A DNA stretch of 64,000 nt from an uncultured Oscillospiraceae bacterium. GTDB lineage: Bacteria; Bacillota; Clostridia; Oscillospirales; Ruminococcaceae. Below, one piece after another: positions 61,043-64,000 of the stretch. Location: assembly GCA_902490585.1 (NCBI GenBank), contig CABUEI010000004.1, positions 2,361-66,360 on the forward strand. Reading direction: 5' to 3'. The notes below the pieces were generated by a model, which saw only the letters and a list, made by a program, of their open reading frames with translations, searched no databases and was not told where the DNA came from. Within the stretch, counting starts at the first letter, position 1, and the number at the start of each line of letters is the position of its first letter. The position numbers and the translations under genes are program-made.

Positions 61043-61102
61043 GCAATAAATAAGCTTTAAGGCGACGATTATTACAAAGTTTTTTCGGCGAAACGAAAAG
61101 GC

Positions 61103-61131
61103 TTGACAATCGGCGCCTTTTTGTATATAAT
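61103..61131 (+). promoter_or_regulatory. Consensus sigma-A promoter of the str operon (rpsL-rpsG-fusA)
   Basis: TTGACA (61103-61108), 17-nt spacer, TATAAT (61126-61131). Confidence 0.6.
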
Positions 61132-61213
61132 ATTTAAATGTGTGCAGAATAAATGCGTAAAAGCGTTATTCTGTGGCATAAAATTTTAATAATTTTGCAA
61201 GGAGGTGTAACAT

Positions 61214-61642
61214 TTGCCAACCTTTAACCAGCTCGTTCGTAAGGGCAGAGCAGTTGCAGAAAAGAAGTCTAAGGCTCCCGCACTGCAGAAGAGCATGAAC
61301 ACTCTGAAGAAGGAAACAGTAGATATGTCTTCTCCCCAGAAGAGAGGCGTATGCACAGCTGTTCGTACTGCTACCCCTAAGAAGCCTAACTCTGCTATGA
61401 GAAAGATTGCCAGAGTAAGACTTTCCAACGGTTATGAAGTTACTGCTTATATTCCGGGTATCGGACACAAACTGCAGGAACACAGCGTTGTACTGATCCG
61501 TGGCGGCCGTGTTAAGGATCTCCCCGGTGTACGTTACCACATCATCAGAGGTACACTCGATGCTCAGGGTGTTGACGGAAGAATGCAGGGCAGATCAAAG
61601 TACGGAGCTAAGCGTCCGAAGGCTGGTGCGAAAAAAGCGTAA
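61214..61642 (+). CDS. rpsL: 30S ribosomal protein S12
   Basis: TTG start with GGAGG 8 nt upstream; [12 protein letters not shown]… is near-universal S12 sequence. Confidence 0.95.
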   Translation: MPTFNQLVRKGRAVAEKKSKAPALQKSMNTLKKETVDMSSPQKRGVCTAVRTATPKKPNSAMRKIARVRLSNGYEVTAYIPGIGHKLQEHSVVLIRGGRVKDLPGVRYHIIRGTLDAQGVDGRMQGRSKYGAKRPKAGAKKA

Positions 61643-61762
61643 CTGATGACTTTTAGCCACTATTGTGGAGTAATATATATTATTACCTCTGCAATTGGAC
61701 GGCGGGAGTTAATCGCTTTCGAGTACCGATGATTTTCATTTTTTATGAAGGAGGGAAGTAAA

Positions 61763-62233
61763 GTGCCAAGAAGAGGTAATGTTCCTAAGCGTGATGTATT
61801 ACCCGATCCTATGTACGGCTCAGAGCTCGTAACAAGACTCGTAAACAATATCATGCTCGACGGCAAGAAGGGTGTTGCTCAGAAGATCGTATACGGTGCA
61901 TTTGACATCGTAGCCGAGAAGTCAGGTAAGGGCGCACTTGAAGCTTTTGAAGAAGCTATGGAAAATATCATGCCTCAGTTAGAGGTAAAGGCTCGCCGTG
62001 TCGGCGGTGCCACATATCAGGTTCCTATGGAAGTTCGTCCCGAAAGAAGAAGAACTTTAGGTCTGAGATGGATTACTCTGTACGCTAGACAGAGAAACGA
62101 AAAGACAATGAAGGAAAGACTTGCAAACGAAATCCTCGACGCTATGAACGGTCAGGGCGGAGCTTGCAAGAAGCGCGATGATACACACAGAATGGCTGAA
62201 GCTAACAGAGCTTTCGCACATTACAAGTGGTAA
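61763..62233 (+). CDS. rpsG: 30S ribosomal protein S7
   Basis: GTG 61763 ([16 protein letters not shown]…) with GGAGGG 8 nt upstream is preferred over the ORF track's 61745. Confidence 0.9.
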   Translation: MPRRGNVPKRDVLPDPMYGSELVTRLVNNIMLDGKKGVAQKIVYGAFDIVAEKSGKGALEAFEEAMENIMPQLEVKARRVGGATYQVPMEVRPERRRTLGLRWITLYARQRNEKTMKERLANEILDAMNGQGGACKKRDDTHRMAEANRAFAHYKW

Positions 62234-62252
62234 TCAATAAAACGGAGGAAAT

Positions 62253-64000
62253 ATGGCTAGAGACGTAACTCTTGAAATGACCCGTAATATTGGTATCATG
62301 GCTCACATCGACGCAGGTAAGACAACTACGACCGAGCGTATCCTGTTCTACACCGGTATCAACCACAAGATCGGTGAGACCCACGACGGTTCTGCTACGA
62401 TGGACTGGATGGAGCAGGAGCAGGAAAGAGGTATCACAATTACTTCTGCTGCTACTACTGCATACTGGAAGAAGCACAGAATCAATATTATCGATACTCC
62501 CGGACACGTTGACTTCACTGTAGAAGTTGAGCGTTCGCTGCGAGTTCTTGACGGTTCTGTTACAGTTTTATGTGCTAAGGGCGGTGTTGAACCCCAGTCA
62601 GAAACTGTATGGCGTCAGGCAGATAAGTATCATGTTCCGAGAATGGCATACATCAACAAGATGGATATCATGGGTGCAGACTTCTACAATGTTGTCAGCA
62701 TGATGAAGGACAGACTGAAGTGTAATGCTGTTCCGATACAGCTCCCTATCGGTTCTGAAGATACATTCAGAGGAATCGTAGACCTTATCGAAATGAACGC
62801 AGACATCTATTATGATGATCTCGGTAAGGACATGCGTGTGGAAGAAATTCCGGACGACATGAAGGAGAAGGCTCAGGAATACCACGATGCACTCATCGAG
62901 GCAGTAGCTGAGCAGGACGAGGAACTTATGAACAAGTACCTCGAAGGTGAAGAAATCACCGTTGAAGAAATTAAGGCAGTACTCAGAAAGGCTACAATCG
63001 ATAATGAAATCGTTCCCGTAACCTGCGGTACTTCTTATAAGAATAAGGGCGTACAGAAGCTCCTCGATGCTATCGTTGACTATATGCCCTCTCCTCTCGA
63101 TGTTCCTTCTATCAAGGGTGTTAACCCTGAGACAGGCGAAGAGGTTGAAAGACACGCAGGCGACGATCAGCCGTTCTCTGCACTTGCTTTCAAGATTGCT
63201 ACAGACCCGTTCGTTGGTAAGCTCTGCTTCTTCAGAGTATATTCAGGTACGGTTGCTGCCGGCACAACAGTCCTCAACGCAACTAAGGACAAGAAGGAGC
63301 GTATGGGACGTATTCTTCAGATGCACGCTAACCACAGAGCAGACCTCGAAGTTTGCTACTGCGGCGATATCGCTGCTGCTGTTGGTGTTAAGAACACAAC
63401 AACAGGTGATACACTGTGTGATGAAGAACACCCTGTAATCCTTGAGTCTATGGAATTCCCCGAGCCTGTTATCTCGCTCGCTATCGAACCCAAGACTAAG
63501 GCAGGTCAGGAAAAGATGGCTATTGCTCTTGCAAAGCTTGCAGAGGAAGACCCCACTTTCAAAACCTACACAAATGAGGAAACAGGTCAGACAATTATCG
63601 CCGGAATGGGCGAGCTCCACCTCGAAATTATCGTAGACAGACTTCTCCGTGAATTCAAGGTTGAGGCTAATGTCGGTGCTCCTCAGGTTGCATATAAAGA
63701 GACAATTACAACTAATGCTGATGTTGATACTAAGTATGCTCGTCAGTCAGGTGGTAAGGGTCAGTACGGTCATGTTAAGCTCCACGTTTACCCGAACGAG
63801 TCTGGTAAGGGTTATGAATTCGTTAACGCAATTGTCGGTGGTGCTATTCCCAAGGAATACATTCCCGCAGTTGATGCAGGTATTCAGGGTGCTTTACAGT
63901 CCGGTGTTCTTGCAGGCTATCAGACAGTAGACGTTAAGGTTGAGCTTTATGATGGTTCATACCACGAAGTCGACTCTTCTGAAATGGCATTCAAGATCGC
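62253..64000 (+). CDS. fusA: Elongation factor G (5' partial; continues past the window end)
   Basis: [35 protein letters not shown]… G-domain motifs. The frame is open to position 64000; it is absent from the ORF track because it lacks a stop. Confidence 0.9.
   Translation, partial: MARDVTLEMTRNIGIMAHIDAGKTTTTERILFYTGINHKIGETHDGSATMDWMEQEQERGITITSAATTAYWKKHRINIIDTPGHVDFTVEVERSLRVLDGSVTVLCAKGGVEPQSETVWRQADKYHVPRMAYINKMDIMGADFYNVVSMMKDRLKCNAVPIQLPIGSEDTFRGIVDLIEMNADIYYDDLGKDMRVEEIPDDMKEKAQEYHDALIEAVAEQDEELMNKYLEGEEITVEEIKAVLRKATIDNEIVPVTCGTSYKNKGVQKLLDAIVDYMPSPLDVPSIKGVNPETGEEVERHAGDDQPFSALAFKIATDPFVGKLCFFRVYSGTVAAGTTVLNATKDKKERMGRILQMHANHRADLEVCYCGDIAAAVGVKNTTTGDTLCDEEHPVILESMEFPEPVISLAIEPKTKAGQEKMAIALAKLAEEDPTFKTYTNEETGQTIIAGMGELHLEIIVDRLLREFKVEANVGAPQVAYKETITTNADVDTKYARQSGGKGQYGHVKLHVYPNESGKGYEFVNAIVGGAIPKEYIPAVDAGIQGALQSGVLAGYQTVDVKVELYDGSYHEVDSSEMAFKI

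Noticed and set aside
1-64000. tRNA, rRNA, transposase, integrase, phage or defense-island genes
   Set aside because: No cloverleaf-like conserved tRNA elements, no rRNA-like stretches, and no ORF with transposase, integrase, nuclease or reverse-transcriptase motifs. The accessory content consists of regulators, transporters, glycoside hydrolases and small hypotheticals rather than mobile DNA.

Overview
This window is a Firmicutes/Clostridia-type chromosomal segment with about 43% GC, several TTG/GTG starts and strong GGAGG ribosome-binding sites. The organism looks like a sporulating, plant-glycan-degrading anaerobe (a Ruminococcaceae-like member is my guess). The backbone is housekeeping: a partial upstream ORF, asp23–nusB–xseA–xseB–ispA–DUF212–dxs–tlyA–nadK–argR–recN, then spoIIGA–sigE. 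Two convergent flavoproteins follow. There are two paralogous MarR + heterodimeric ABC-exporter cassettes, and the second cassette's first gene carries a 2-bp frameshift. Further along are galE, a NUDIX–thioesterase–GH36 operon, yerC, a methyltransferase, hslO–recJ–rel–MBL–hemZ-like, proS with a T-box leader, a flavodoxin–DUF3793–DUF2325 operon under a LysR gene, GH26 + GH2 hydrolases, and rpoB–rpoC–rpsL–rpsG–fusA (partial). I saw no tRNA/rRNA genes, CRISPR arrays, transposases or integrases. Candidates for novelty: (i) three tandem paralogs of a membrane-anchored, Q/N/Y-repeat, C-terminal zinc-ribbon protein; (ii) a novel Cys-cluster domain fused to an XRE HTH, preceded by a promoter and a leader terminator, with two tandem M14 (AstE/AspA) amidohydrolase paralogs downstream; (iii) two ORF-free promoter-to-terminator units that could encode small RNAs; (iv) a twice-repeated 6-4-6 palindromic operator upstream of the DUF2325–DUF3793–flavodoxin operon; (v) an XRE + Cys-rich membrane-protein insertion immediately upstream of rpoB. 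Coordinates for promoters and terminators come from manual pattern reading, not from a folding or promoter-prediction tool.
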